Below, in pieces: positions 17,560 to 26,999 of a DNA stretch of 52,636 bases (its first letter is position 1; every line of letters starts with the position of its first letter). The position numbers and the translations under genes were made by a program. Where the stretch lies: positions 1 to 52,636 of IMG/VR virus record IMGVR_UViG_3300025674_000060; one strand, 5' to 3'. This stretch comes from a virus (taxonomy: Duplodnaviria; Caudoviricetes). The notes under the pieces are model-generated. The model worked only from the letters and a program-made list of their open reading frames with translations, was not told the origin of the DNA and ran no database searches.

Positions 17560-19091
17560 TAGTCGTACACACCTCCGTTGATAGGAGTAGCAGCGGAGGG
17601 AACAAGCTCACCGTTAGTATACGTTCCCCCGTCTAAGGTATTAACAGGTGGTGAGACCTGATCACCATTGGTATAAGTTCCTCCGTCATAAGAATTCAAG
17701 TTGTTGTAATCGATCGGCGCAAACGGATCGAACTGATCTACCGTAGACATCTCGAAGTTATCAGCCTGCAACGTAGCAAAGCTATTAAGATCCCCGGCGT
17801 TTAATGTTTTAGACATCATATTATACATATCTGGATACATCATATGAGTAGGCATATCATCTTGAGTTGGAGAATAACGCTGCCACCAAGTGAGATCGCG
17901 TTCTCGCTTTAAGAAGGAGACTTGTTTTTTAAGGTCCGTTTCAAACTTCTCGCGATACCACTCGTTCATAGGCTCATCATTAGGCTGAGGTAACCACGGT
18001 GAAGCCGTGTTCGCTTGATTGAACCTACGCTCAAGATCCCACATAGCCGCGTAAATATGCTTACACCAACGAGGCTGGTAGTAATAAAGATTAGGATCTG
18101 AGTAAACTTGATTAGTATAAGAAGGTGTATTGTAGATCTCATTTAAGTATATAAAACCAAAGTCTCTGGCGTATCCAGGGTTATCTATGCTATTAGAGAC
18201 TCTGGGCGTTTGATCCGGGCCTGCGTCGTACTCACCGGGCACAAGATTAAAAACACCCGTATAGGGGTATTTACGACGAATTGAAGCTTGGTACAGATCA
18301 AAACCCTCGCGACCTAGAAAATCAGGGCATGTACACTGAGACCGCATCTCAGTAGTTAAAAACTCACCGACTCCAGGAGGACCCGAAGCAGGGACAGCGA
18401 GCGTATTTGCGTCAACCACGCTCCAACTTTGCTCTGGAGTTTTCGACAAAAATAGGGTGTTAAATATCGGCGCGTATGAAGGTGCAAGAGGCACACCGTT
18501 AAAACCTACTGCTGTGACTGTGTAATTATTAAATCCAAACTGTTTTTCAGCTCCTGAAGAATCGAATCTGTTGGATAACACCTCACCGGAAAAGAAAGAA
18601 ATAGGAGCTCCGAAATTAGCGCTAAGAATTACGGCGTATGTGCTGTCGTCATAATCACTAACTGATTTAACAGAATATCCAAAGTCTCTAAAGTTAAAAG
18701 AATCCCTAGGTCTGACACCGACCATCCACATCTTCATATCCGATCTTGTCGTCGGATACATGAAAGCTATTCCCGGCAAATAAATACCTAAGCCAGGTGC
18801 GCCAGAAACGTAATATTTAAAGCTATAAGTGAGACCGCCATACGCCTGCTGAGCGTACATAGACAGCTCATAACCACGGCGCCATCTAGACCATAGAGAT
18901 GCGTAATCGTAATCGCTAAGAACACTAAAATCTTTTGTTCCTACAGCGGGGCGAAATCTCCTGTGAAAAGGAAGAGGTCGCCCAAGCGCCGTGGGATTAT
19001 CTGCGCCAATTACATCCGGGACTTTGTTAATCTTCCCGCCAGCTTCGAAAGGACGAAACCCAAAGTTATCGGATCCTTTTCGGCGGCTCAT
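17559..19091 (-). CDS. Hypothetical protein with a split SWIM-like Zn finger
   Basis: CTCPDF..(about 88 aa)..WCKHIYA; C-terminal DGGTYTNG repeats. Confidence 0.6.
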   Translation of the reverse strand: MSRRKGSDNFGFRPFEAGGKINKVPDVIGADNPTALGRPLPFHRRFRPAVGTKDFSVLSDYDYASLWSRWRRGYELSMYAQQAYGGLTYSFKYYVSGAPGLGIYLPGIAFMYPTTRSDMKMWMVGVRPRDSFNFRDFGYSVKSVSDYDDSTYAVILSANFGAPISFFSGEVLSNRFDSSGAEKQFGFNNYTVTAVGFNGVPLAPSYAPIFNTLFLSKTPEQSWSVVDANTLAVPASGPPGVGEFLTTEMRSQCTCPDFLGREGFDLYQASIRRKYPYTGVFNLVPGEYDAGPDQTPRVSNSIDNPGYARDFGFIYLNEIYNTPSYTNQVYSDPNLYYYQPRWCKHIYAAMWDLERRFNQANTASPWLPQPNDEPMNEWYREKFETDLKKQVSFLKRERDLTWWQRYSPTQDDMPTHMMYPDMYNMMSKTLNAGDLNSFATLQADNFEMSTVDQFDPFAPIDYNNLNSYDGGTYTNGDQVSPPVNTLDGGTYTNGELVPSAATPINGGVYD

Positions 19092-19097
19092 AAGGGA

Positions 19098-19667
19098 TCA
19101 ATAGAAACCACCTTGAGCCAGGATCGTAATACCGGAAGCACTGAGACCACCAGAAGCAGCTACACCAGAAGCGCCTGCAGGACCAATTCCAATGTATCCT
19201 GCGCAAAGAATGTAGCCTTTTTCCAAATACAAACCTTCGTTTTTGCCGAGCTGTAGCGGGGCTATCAAACTTGTGTCACCAGTACGAGGAACTGGCGCCA
19301 TGACAGCGGGGAGTTGAATGCCCAGAGGGTATCCAAAAGTGGAACCGCTAAGACCGACTTCAAAACGACCAACCATCAAGGCGGCGGAAGTAGAAGGTGC
19401 CGCTTGGTTAGGCATGTACACATAAATGCCGACATCAGCAGTACGGACACCGCTGTTGTCCGGATAGTCTTCGTTACTAACGATCGTAATGTCTTCGACC
19501 AGCGCCCCGTCTTCCGAAGGCAGGTCGCCCACGCGGACTAACTGAATCAGATCAGTCAGACTCGGGTTTGTAGGATCGCAAGTCGTGGTCGCCGAAGTAA
19601 TTCGTGCGCCCCGTAGGAACGGACGATCTACAAGGCAGGGCTGCTTGTTGGTAGAAGTAGAGGCCAA
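19098..19667 (-). CDS. Putative virion structural protein
   Basis: TTG start; beta-rich; MASTSTNKQP..AQGGFY; lies in the structural operon. Confidence 0.55.
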   Translation of the reverse strand: MASTSTNKQPCLVDRPFLRGARITSATTTCDPTNPSLTDLIQLVRVGDLPSEDGALVEDITIVSNEDYPDNSGVRTADVGIYVYMPNQAAPSTSAALMVGRFEVGLSGSTFGYPLGIQLPAVMAPVPRTGDTSLIAPLQLGKNEGLYLEKGYILCAGYIGIGPAGASGVAASGGLSASGITILAQGGFY

Positions 19668-19693
19668 GAGTAGTACTCCGTGCTAAAAGGTGT

Positions 19694-20155
19694 TTACGAG
19701 TAAACCCCGTAAGGTGACCCGCCGAAATTACCGATAGGGTTATCGGTCTTAAGGACAGCCGGCGTCATAGCAGCAGCTACGGCACTCTTAGTTTCCTTCG
19801 GGTACAGTCTATCTAATACTTTATTAAGACGATCCTCATCTCTTTGTTGCGCAAGATACTGCTGCATCATCGACCCCGCCATACCAGGGACCGGATCCAT
19901 ACCTCGAATTCCTCGGGCAAGATTACCGATGCCTTCCATAAGCATCGCTCCCCCAAACCACGCATTGGCAAAAGGGCTTTGAGCGCCGGGTTTAGCCGGG
20001 CTTGTGTCAGCAGATATAGAGGAGGGGCCGGTAAAAGCCGAACCCAGCTGATCGATACCGAACGAAGTATCGATGTCAGGAGTAAAACCTCCGACGTAGT
20101 CCTTGAAGTAAGGGCCGCCTAAATTAGCGGCTGTGAGAAAAGGGGAGTTGGACAT
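19694..20155 (-). CDS. Putative internal virion protein
   Basis: Gly/Ala/Pro-rich, with a central amphipathic segment. Confidence 0.5.
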   Translation of the reverse strand: MSNSPFLTAANLGGPYFKDYVGGFTPDIDTSFGIDQLGSAFTGPSSISADTSPAKPGAQSPFANAWFGGAMLMEGIGNLARGIRGMDPVPGMAGSMMQQYLAQQRDEDRLNKVLDRLYPKETKSAVAAAMTPAVLKTDNPIGNFGGSPYGVYS

Positions 20156-20193
20156 GATTCAAAGTTGCTTGTGCGAAGAGACTCGACGAAGAA

Positions 20194-21957
20194 TCAGTAC
20201 CCTGCGTACATAGCGCTACGGGGCGCTTGCAGCGTGGCGTATGACTGAGGGCGAAGAGCATCCGCCATATCAGCAGCGCCTTGAGTACCCGTCACCGCAT
20301 TCTGGGCAGCAGCCTGGGACTGGCCCATAGCGTTGTTCTGGAAATTAGTTCCCAGCGTGGTCCCTACCTGAGCACCTTGTGCTACGGGCATTTGCTGACT
20401 AGGACCGCGACGCTGCATACGAAGTTGCAGCTGATAAGCCATTACAGGATTAGCCTTCGCCCAGCTCTCAAAAGCCGCGTCACTCTCAATGCCCACGGAG
20501 CCAGGGGCGCCCATGCCGCGAAGAGCGCCGATAATTTCAGCATCGCGACCGGGTGCCTTGGCGTATGCTTGCTGAGCGGCGTAAAACGCACCGGCCTGTC
20601 CCGGACCGTACTGACTAGCGTCTTGACGTAGAGCTTGTGCAGCGTTTTGAACAGCTTGACGATAGTTGGAATCTTCGTCGTTAGCCTGCTGAACAACCGA
20701 ACCCGCTCCGGCGGCACTAACAACAGGAGCCGCAGGTCCGGGGGCGACAGGAGGGCCAGGTCGCACCGCAGGAGCAGCGGGGGGAGTTAAAGAACTGGGA
20801 TTGACAGTGCCAGGAACAGCATTAGTCGCCCCGGGAAGGGGTGCGACAGGCGGCGTCAAAGGCTCACCGGTGACAGCCGGTAAGTTAGCCCCAGCCTCAA
20901 CAGTCGCAGTCGGAGTACCTAATTGAGTTGTTCCGGGGGCTTCGGTTTGCTGACTAGCGACGTAAGCACCCAAACCTAACCCGCCAAGAATGCCGCCGCC
21001 CACAAAGGGACCGACAGGAATTCGACCGCCTGCAGCTTCAGCTACCTGTTGAGCTCGCGACGCGGCAGGACCTGCAACTGCTTGAGCAAATTCTGGGTTT
21101 TGAAGTGCTTGACCGATGTCAATCATGTTGACGCCGCCACGGCCGGCAAAAGCGCGGGCAGCTTGACCCTCAGGAAGTCGCATCTGACTTCCAATGACTT
21201 CATAAACATCAACAGGTTCGATACGCCCTTCGGTAGCCTTACCGCCGGGTGAACGAACCAGAGCGCCGCGCTCGCCGGTAGGGCCGACGCCGCCGCGAGG
21301 GGAAGGCACAAGCTCGCTAGGTTGAGCAAGTTGCTCTAAAAGACCGGCACGAGGACTGCCGGGAGGACTAAGAAGCGCCTCCATGACATCTTCGGCGCGA
21401 ACACCGCGCTCACGGGCCGTGCTCTCTGCAATAGAACGGACAGCTTTATAAACTTCAGGATCGGCAACACTGAGCTGTTCGCGGAGAGCCCAGTCGGGCA
21501 CAGGTGCTTGAGGCTGACTAGGAGTAATCGCCGTGGGCGTCATACGGGTAGTACGAGGCGTCCGAGCACGATCAAAAACGTATTGTGAAAATTCAGGAGA
21601 ACCGTAACCGGCGCGAACACCCCCCGTGGGGCGCACGACCAGGCCGGATTCTTGAGCCTGCCCCAGCAAGCGCTGCCCACGCTGAGCGGAAGTTTCGGCG
21701 GGAAGACTACGCTGACCGCTACGGATAGTTTCGGTAGTTCCAGGCGCAGCTGATTTGGTAGGCGAATAAGTCTGAGCGCCCCGACCAGGCTGAGTTAAAG
21801 GAAGACGAAGTTGCGTACCGCCACCTTGAGCCGGTGAAATTTGAACAGCACTGCGGCGAGTAGCAGAAGCAGGAACATCCGGGATCATGTTATTGATCAT
21901 CCGAAGGCCGCCTTCGACTAACGCTCTAACAGCCTTTTCGTATGAGCTGTAAGACAT
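20194..21957 (-). CDS. Putative internal virion/ejection protein
   Basis: 587 aa, low-complexity Ala/Pro/Gln; one Gly-rich hydrophobic stretch (GGGILGGLGLGAYV). Confidence 0.5.
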   Translation of the reverse strand: MSYSSYEKAVRALVEGGLRMINNMIPDVPASATRRSAVQISPAQGGGTQLRLPLTQPGRGAQTYSPTKSAAPGTTETIRSGQRSLPAETSAQRGQRLLGQAQESGLVVRPTGGVRAGYGSPEFSQYVFDRARTPRTTRMTPTAITPSQPQAPVPDWALREQLSVADPEVYKAVRSIAESTARERGVRAEDVMEALLSPPGSPRAGLLEQLAQPSELVPSPRGGVGPTGERGALVRSPGGKATEGRIEPVDVYEVIGSQMRLPEGQAARAFAGRGGVNMIDIGQALQNPEFAQAVAGPAASRAQQVAEAAGGRIPVGPFVGGGILGGLGLGAYVASQQTEAPGTTQLGTPTATVEAGANLPAVTGEPLTPPVAPLPGATNAVPGTVNPSSLTPPAAPAVRPGPPVAPGPAAPVVSAAGAGSVVQQANDEDSNYRQAVQNAAQALRQDASQYGPGQAGAFYAAQQAYAKAPGRDAEIIGALRGMGAPGSVGIESDAAFESWAKANPVMAYQLQLRMQRRGPSQQMPVAQGAQVGTTLGTNFQNNAMGQSQAAAQNAVTGTQGAADMADALRPQSYATLQAPRSAMYAGY

Positions 21958-21982
21958 CCCAGATTCCTAACCTGAGTACATA

Positions 21983-22612
21983 TTAGCGCCAATCAGCAAA
22001 GAAATATAGTCGATCGGCACGAGACACATCAGGTGGGCCAGGTATTGCCTGAATAAATTCTGCACCACTACGTTCAAAACGATACCTGGACGCCACGGGG
22101 TCTTTGTAGTTAGCTACGTAGAGCATTTCGGCGAGACGCCCGGTCTCATACAGGTAGTTTTGACGCCAGACTTTAGCGACTTCTGTTTTGTCTTGGATAT
22201 TGATCGAACGGTTAACGTCACCAAGAATGGTTTCTTGGCGGTTCGTGGCGCGACCAGCAGCTAGTTCAGTAAGACGCTCAGCTTCCTCACAGCGCTCAAT
22301 CTGCTGGATTATTTTGTCGTAATAAAACTCACTCGGAATACTATTACAAGCTTCAAGTAAACGAGCGTAATCGCCGGCGGGAACTGTAGCGATATTATAC
22401 CCTAAGTGATATGTAACACGACTAAAGTTAAAGTCATCAAGCCTGTGACCAAAAACTTGCGCAGGATTACGCGTTAGCTGATTAACCGTCGCAAAAATTA
22501 TCTCTCTTTTAGTGGCATCAGTAGTATCAGGTTGAAATACAACACCCTGCTGCGCTAAATAACTCTGAAGTTGCTCCAGCTCTTGTTGCGTAAATTGAGC
22601 CACAACTACCAA
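21983..22612 (-). CDS. Putative head-tail adaptor/neck protein
   Basis: Helical 209-aa ORF downstream of the capsid genes; assignment is by position only. Confidence 0.4.
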   Translation of the reverse strand: MVVVAQFTQQELEQLQSYLAQQGVVFQPDTTDATKREIIFATVNQLTRNPAQVFGHRLDDFNFSRVTYHLGYNIATVPAGDYARLLEACNSIPSEFYYDKIIQQIERCEEAERLTELAAGRATNRQETILGDVNRSINIQDKTEVAKVWRQNYLYETGRLAEMLYVANYKDPVASRYRFERSGAEFIQAIPGPPDVSRADRLYFFADWR

Positions 22613-22658
22613 CGCCTACAGTATCTCTATTGTAATCCTTATTTATTTGAGTCTGTAC

Positions 22659-23105
22659 TCATTCAACGTAGATCGAGTCGCTGAGGATTTCGTCCCAATT
22701 AATATGCTTAATTTGGCGAAGCTGCTCAAGTTTGGTGAAACGCTCGCCAGGAAGAGACATCCGTAACTCGATGATCTCGTTGGCAGTTTTCAGCCCCACG
22801 CCAGGAAGAACCTGAGTCAGAAGCTCCGGAGTGGCGGCATTCAGGTTGAAGCGATTTGGTGCGGGCACTTGCGGCTTCACAACTTGCCGACCTCGGCGAC
22901 CCTTAACGGGTTTTGCCTGCCCTTTGGAATCTTTAGCTTCAGCAGCTTTCTGATCGATTTGATTTTTATGAGCGAAGAAAACTTTACCTGTTGTTTTTGA
23001 GCGCACCATAAAATACTCACCGTCATCATGAGTACTTAAAATATCGACCTTAACTCCGCTAGGAGTAAAAGTAATGTCCTGTTCAGTCACGATGGCAGTC
23101 ATCAT
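22659..23105 (-). CDS. Helix-hairpin-helix (ComEA-like) DNA-binding protein
   Basis: NLNAATPELLTQVLPGVGLKTANEIIELR..FTKLEQLRQI. Confidence 0.8.
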   Translation of the reverse strand: MMTAIVTEQDITFTPSGVKVDILSTHDDGEYFMVRSKTTGKVFFAHKNQIDQKAAEAKDSKGQAKPVKGRRGRQVVKPQVPAPNRFNLNAATPELLTQVLPGVGLKTANEIIELRMSLPGERFTKLEQLRQIKHINWDEILSDSIYVE

Positions 23106-23164
23106 AGAGATACGACTTTCGCGCAGTATAGGACAAAGTTAGAATGTAAAAAAGTACTCTGACG

Positions 23165-23647
23165 ATGCCGAACCCCCTAAACTTGTTCAGATTTGCTCAG
23201 CAAGCACCAGGCATACGTGGCATCCTGCAAAAAGTATATGCGGTAGCGCCTGATATCGGTATAGGTCTTCCAGTAGAAATGATGATGTCAGAGAAACAGT
23301 CTCCGAAAAAAGAGAAAGCTGCGGCGCTAAATACAGCAGCGGAAATTGGAAGTTCTCTTTTGCTGGGGGGTGCTGAGACCATTCCCCAGCTAACTCAACT
23401 GGCCACGGATCCCGGACTTTTGCGTGCCTTGGGCCAGCGTGGTCTGAGCGAGAACGAAATTGTAAAAAATTTAAATGCTCGCGCTAGAACCATGAACCCG
23501 AGCATGTACACCGAACAGCTTGTGGAACAAATCGTAGAAGGAAAAATAGACGAAGAAAAAGAGCGCCTCATGCAAGAAGCTCGCGAACGTCTGCGTCGCA
23601 TCCAAACACCGATGCCGACTTCCGGAATGATGCAGCAGATGTTCTGA
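23165..23647 (+). CDS. Hypothetical protein
   Basis: 160-aa ORF that ends just before the terminator hairpin. Confidence 0.6.
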   Translation: MPNPLNLFRFAQQAPGIRGILQKVYAVAPDIGIGLPVEMMMSEKQSPKKEKAAALNTAAEIGSSLLLGGAETIPQLTQLATDPGLLRALGQRGLSENEIVKNLNARARTMNPSMYTEQLVEQIVEGKIDEEKERLMQEARERLRRIQTPMPTSGMMQQMF

Positions 23648-23651
23648 CAAT

Positions 23652-23680
23652 AAAAAACCCCTCCCGAAGGAGGGGTCTTT
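23652..23680 (-). terminator. Rho-independent terminator after the capsid genes (possibly bidirectional)
   Basis: Minus strand ACCCCTCC-TTCG-GGAGGGGT followed by a T-run; sits between convergent genes. Confidence 0.85.
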
Positions 23681-23700
23681 CCCATGCAAACCTGAGTCTA

Positions 23701-24579
23701 TCAGGAAGGCACAGTGCTGGTGTAGATGGTGGATTCCACCACGCCGCCAGGCTGCAGCACGACATCGTCGCGCTTCGGAGGAGCGTCGGGCACGATCCAG
23801 CACAGTTCGCAGATGGCAAGAGCTTTGTCCTTACCGGACAGCTTGCCAGCTTGAGCGCGAGGATCAAAGGTGCCGGAAGCCAGAGCCAGACCGGAAGCAA
23901 CAACGCCGCCCAGGTTGCGGGTAGCGGACAGTTTCCAGGTGGTTTCTGCACTCAGAGCAGACAGCTTGCTGGAGTCGATGATGTTCACCGAAGCAGTGCT
24001 GCCGTTCTCAATGCGGCTGCTGGAACCGATAACCGACACAGCGAACTGGCCGGACACCACGGTGCCGTCGCCCCGGATGCCTTCGCTCAGAGCGGGAACC
24101 AGCGAGAGCTGAGGAGTGGCGCTGCCGCCGCCCACGCCGCTGCTGATCACGTCGCCGCCGTCCACACGCAGGGAAGCACGATACACATAAGCGCCAGCAG
24201 GCACTTTGATACCGTCTGCGATGTCGGTGCGGACATCCTTGTGATAATCCGGGGAGGGGATGATCACGTTGGCGGTGCTGAAGGCTTGGTTAGAACCGTT
24301 CAGACCAGAACCGTAAGGCTGAGTGTAGTATTCAAGCTGGTTAACGGAACCGTTGGCCTGATAGGACAGGTCAACGTAACCGATAGCCTGCTGAGCAATC
24401 CAGCCGGGACGGAACACAACACCGACCGGACCGCCGACAGGCTGGTTGGTCAGAGTTTCAGCGGTGCCATTCTCACTGATGTTGGGAATGGACTTCTCTT
24501 CGTGCCAGTAACGAAGAACGTTGGTGTAGTTGCCGGGAAAGATTTTGGCAACTTGGAGCTGGTTAGAGTTGATTGCCAT
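23701..24579 (-). CDS. Putative capsid decoration/minor capsid protein
   Basis: Directly follows the major capsid gene, has a strong AGGAGG RBS and is beta-rich. Confidence 0.55.
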   Translation of the reverse strand: MAINSNQLQVAKIFPGNYTNVLRYWHEEKSIPNISENGTAETLTNQPVGGPVGVVFRPGWIAQQAIGYVDLSYQANGSVNQLEYYTQPYGSGLNGSNQAFSTANVIIPSPDYHKDVRTDIADGIKVPAGAYVYRASLRVDGGDVISSGVGGGSATPQLSLVPALSEGIRGDGTVVSGQFAVSVIGSSSRIENGSTASVNIIDSSKLSALSAETTWKLSATRNLGGVVASGLALASGTFDPRAQAGKLSGKDKALAICELCWIVPDAPPKRDDVVLQPGGVVESTIYTSTVPS

Positions 24580-24593
24580 CGTTAGTTACCTCC

Positions 24594-25709
24594 TCAAGCG
24601 TTAAAGGAGTAAGCCACGGTGGCGAAATCAGCGTTCAGAAGTTCGAAACCTGCGTACAGGCTCCAAATCATCATGATGAAACGGCTGAAGTCGTCATTGT
24701 TGTTCAGCAGAACCTGAGCGTTGTTGCCGCCGATGCCGACGCCTACGCTCTGAGGACCGAAGAACATACCAATAGCGCTCTCGTAAGAAGCAGAGCTACC
24801 GCCGATGGTGGCAGTCTGCGACTGAGAAGGCATGTTGGTGGATTCGAAGAAGCGAACGCCTTCGAACACGAAGCCGGTGGGCATAATAGGCTCACCAGCC
24901 ACGAAGGTGGCCTGACCGAAGCCCTGACCCATGTAGATAGCAGCGTTGGGCTGCATACCGGACATGAGGGGGTTGATCTGACCGTTGCCAGGATAACGAG
25001 CGACCTCGCGGAAATCGCTGTTCTGACGCAGGTGCATCAGGAAAGTAGGATCGCAAACGCAGCGATAGAAACCGTCCTGATAGGTGGGGACGTTGCGCTT
25101 ACGCATGGATTTAACCACGCGGAGCAGGTCGTCCTTAACGTCGAACTTAGCTTGTTCGGCGTTGGTGTAGGTCAGGCTACCGACGGCAAGATCGCCAGGG
25201 TAGTAGTAACCACCTTGGGAGTCGGAAGCTTGGCCTTTGGAAACTGCTTTCAGGAGTTCATTGATGAACACCCGGTCACGCCAACGACGATAGTCGTCGA
25301 GCAGGGTCAGCGAACCGATGGACTGGTGGAAGCCAGTCAGGTTGCCGGTGTCCAGCAGAAGACGCTGCGCGGTAATGAGAGTTTCGCGAGCAATCTTGAA
25401 AGTGCTGGGCTGAGTAGGATCGCTCGGGTCTGCAGGGCCGGTGTACTCGCGAAGAGTAACGAGCACCTTATCCTTCACGATGTTGCGGCTGTTTGCAGTA
25501 CCGATGGTCTGCTCAGCAGTACGCTCACGTGACTCTTTGCTGCCCGGATTGCCCCAGAACCTGTAGCGGTCTAACTGCACAGTCTGGCCAGGCTGCTTGC
25601 TGAAGTCATGAACGACCACAGGCTCTGCAGCCATCTCTACAACGTACGCAGGGTGCGGACGGTAAAGTTCGGCGCCGAGCAGCTTCGGGAAATCATTATC
25701 GACAAACAC
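24594..25709 (-). CDS. Major capsid protein (HK97 fold, N4-gp56-like)
   Basis: 371 aa, GTG start; HDFSKQPGQTVQLDRYRF..VTLREY..FEGVRFFES..DDFSRFIMMIW; gene order portal-scaffold-capsid. Confidence 0.8.
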   Translation of the reverse strand: MFVDNDFPKLLGAELYRPHPAYVVEMAAEPVVVHDFSKQPGQTVQLDRYRFWGNPGSKESRERTAEQTIGTANSRNIVKDKVLVTLREYTGPADPSDPTQPSTFKIARETLITAQRLLLDTGNLTGFHQSIGSLTLLDDYRRWRDRVFINELLKAVSKGQASDSQGGYYYPGDLAVGSLTYTNAEQAKFDVKDDLLRVVKSMRKRNVPTYQDGFYRCVCDPTFLMHLRQNSDFREVARYPGNGQINPLMSGMQPNAAIYMGQGFGQATFVAGEPIMPTGFVFEGVRFFESTNMPSQSQTATIGGSSASYESAIGMFFGPQSVGVGIGGNNAQVLLNNNDDFSRFIMMIWSLYAGFELLNADFATVAYSFNA

Positions 25710-25788
25710 TGTCGATATCTCCAGAAACTACAGAGTAAGTTTAAAGCAAATTAACTACCAATCAACAAAAAGTGTCTCGTTTTTAGCG

Positions 25789-26502
25789 TTAACCTAATTT
25801 ACGGCTGAGATTACGTACGCTCTCTGGCAGTTGGTAGTAAATAGAACCATAGTTAGACACATACTTGGCTGCACGACCTCTGTACATAAACCTGAAGGGC
25901 GTAGACATAAGGCCCGGTTCCTGTGACCTAACAGTCTGTGTGAACGTCTGGCAGTACACCGGAGGGTTATAAACCCACTCAGAACGATTAGCCGTCCCCT
26001 GCGAACCAAGAACATTCGTTAGGATGCCGCCCTCGTAACGACCGTGAGTTACCCCACCGCCTGTAATGCCCTGCGCACCGGTATTACCGCCCGGAGTGTT
26101 ATACGGATCGTAATTCTGAGAGTCAGGTGCAGACCCTCCGAAGTATGTATATTTACCAGCATCCCGAACACCGTAATCCGGTCCGGTAAACGTACTCGCT
26201 TTTACCCCGCCAATCGTGTCGACGGTGACCGGACGATAACCGTCGTAAGAACTTAAAACGCCACTCGGCGAATACTGAACCTCTTGATAATCATTCCAAT
26301 ACCCAGAAACAGCAGGAGGCACCTGGCGCCAATCTGTGTTGTAGTAACCGCTGTAATTAGGCGTGCCCGCAACAATTTTGCCTACATCCGCTCCCGTATC
26401 TTGAATACCAGAACTTACAACGATATAACCCTCATGATTGGGTCCGCTTTGGACTTCATGAGGGCCAGTATCGCATTTGTAATTTCTAAAAGGAACGTAC
26501 AC
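25789..26502 (-). CDS. Putative head-associated structural protein
   Basis: Gly/Tyr-rich ORF between scaffold and capsid. Confidence 0.5.
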   Translation of the reverse strand: MYVPFRNYKCDTGPHEVQSGPNHEGYIVVSSGIQDTGADVGKIVAGTPNYSGYYNTDWRQVPPAVSGYWNDYQEVQYSPSGVLSSYDGYRPVTVDTIGGVKASTFTGPDYGVRDAGKYTYFGGSAPDSQNYDPYNTPGGNTGAQGITGGGVTHGRYEGGILTNVLGSQGTANRSEWVYNPPVYCQTFTQTVRSQEPGLMSTPFRFMYRGRAAKYVSNYGSIYYQLPESVRNLSRKLG

Positions 26503-26526
26503 TACGGCGGCCCAGCTGCCTTAATT

Positions 26527-26706
26527 CTAAGCGGGCGCCGAATCTGCAGGTGCATCTACACGAGATGCGATTTCGCGAATATCCGCTGAGATTAAAGCGA
26601 CGTCACGGGCGTAACTAGCCTTAAGTTCTTCGAGCTCTTTCTTGAGCTGAGTCACTTCGGCGCTATCGCCGACAGCACGCCGCTGACGTTGAAGAGAATT
26701 AGGCAT
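26527..26706 (-). CDS. Small coiled-coil protein (absent from the ORF track)
   Basis: MPNSLQRQRRAVGDSAEVTQLKKELEELKASYARDVALISADIREIASRVDAPADSAPA, 59 aa. Confidence 0.6.
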   Translation of the reverse strand: MPNSLQRQRRAVGDSAEVTQLKKELEELKASYARDVALISADIREIASRVDAPADSAPA

Positions 26707-26709
26707 CGA

Positions 26710-26892
26710 TCAGCTCTTTTTGCTTTGCTTGTATTTTACTGCCTTGCGCTTGGCTTCCTTACGTTTACCCACGCGTTCGGGCAAATTGCCTTTGGTTTTT
26801 CGTTCGTATTCTTCTACTTTTGATTTAGATATCTCGCCCCTATCAGCTTTTGCGTGAAAGAGCCTACGCTGACTTTCAGATTTAAAAGGCAT
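26710..26892 (-). CDS. Small basic protein (MPFKSxxQRR type)
   Basis: MPFKSESQRRLFHAK..LPERV; a recurrent motif in phage head modules. Confidence 0.7.
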   Translation of the reverse strand: MPFKSESQRRLFHAKADRGEISKSKVEEYERKTKGNLPERVGKRKEAKRKAVKYKQSKKS

Positions 26893-26926
26893 CTTTTTAA
26901 AAGTCTTTAATTGATTTTACCAATAG

Positions 26927-26950
26927 AAAACCCCCGCCTAAGCGAGGGCT
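26927..26950 (-). terminator. Probable terminator after the scaffold gene
   Basis: Minus strand AGCCCTCGC-TTAG-GCGGGGGTT-TT. Confidence 0.6.
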
Positions 26951-26999
26951 CGTCCCTATCACCCGGAGCCTCGTCCAAGGCATCCGGGCTAAGAGTACA

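Noticed and set aside
23851-25532. Long plus-strand ORFs (244 and 319 aa) opposite the capsid genes
   Set aside because: These are antisense shadows of strongly codon-biased genes and carry no recognisable motifs.
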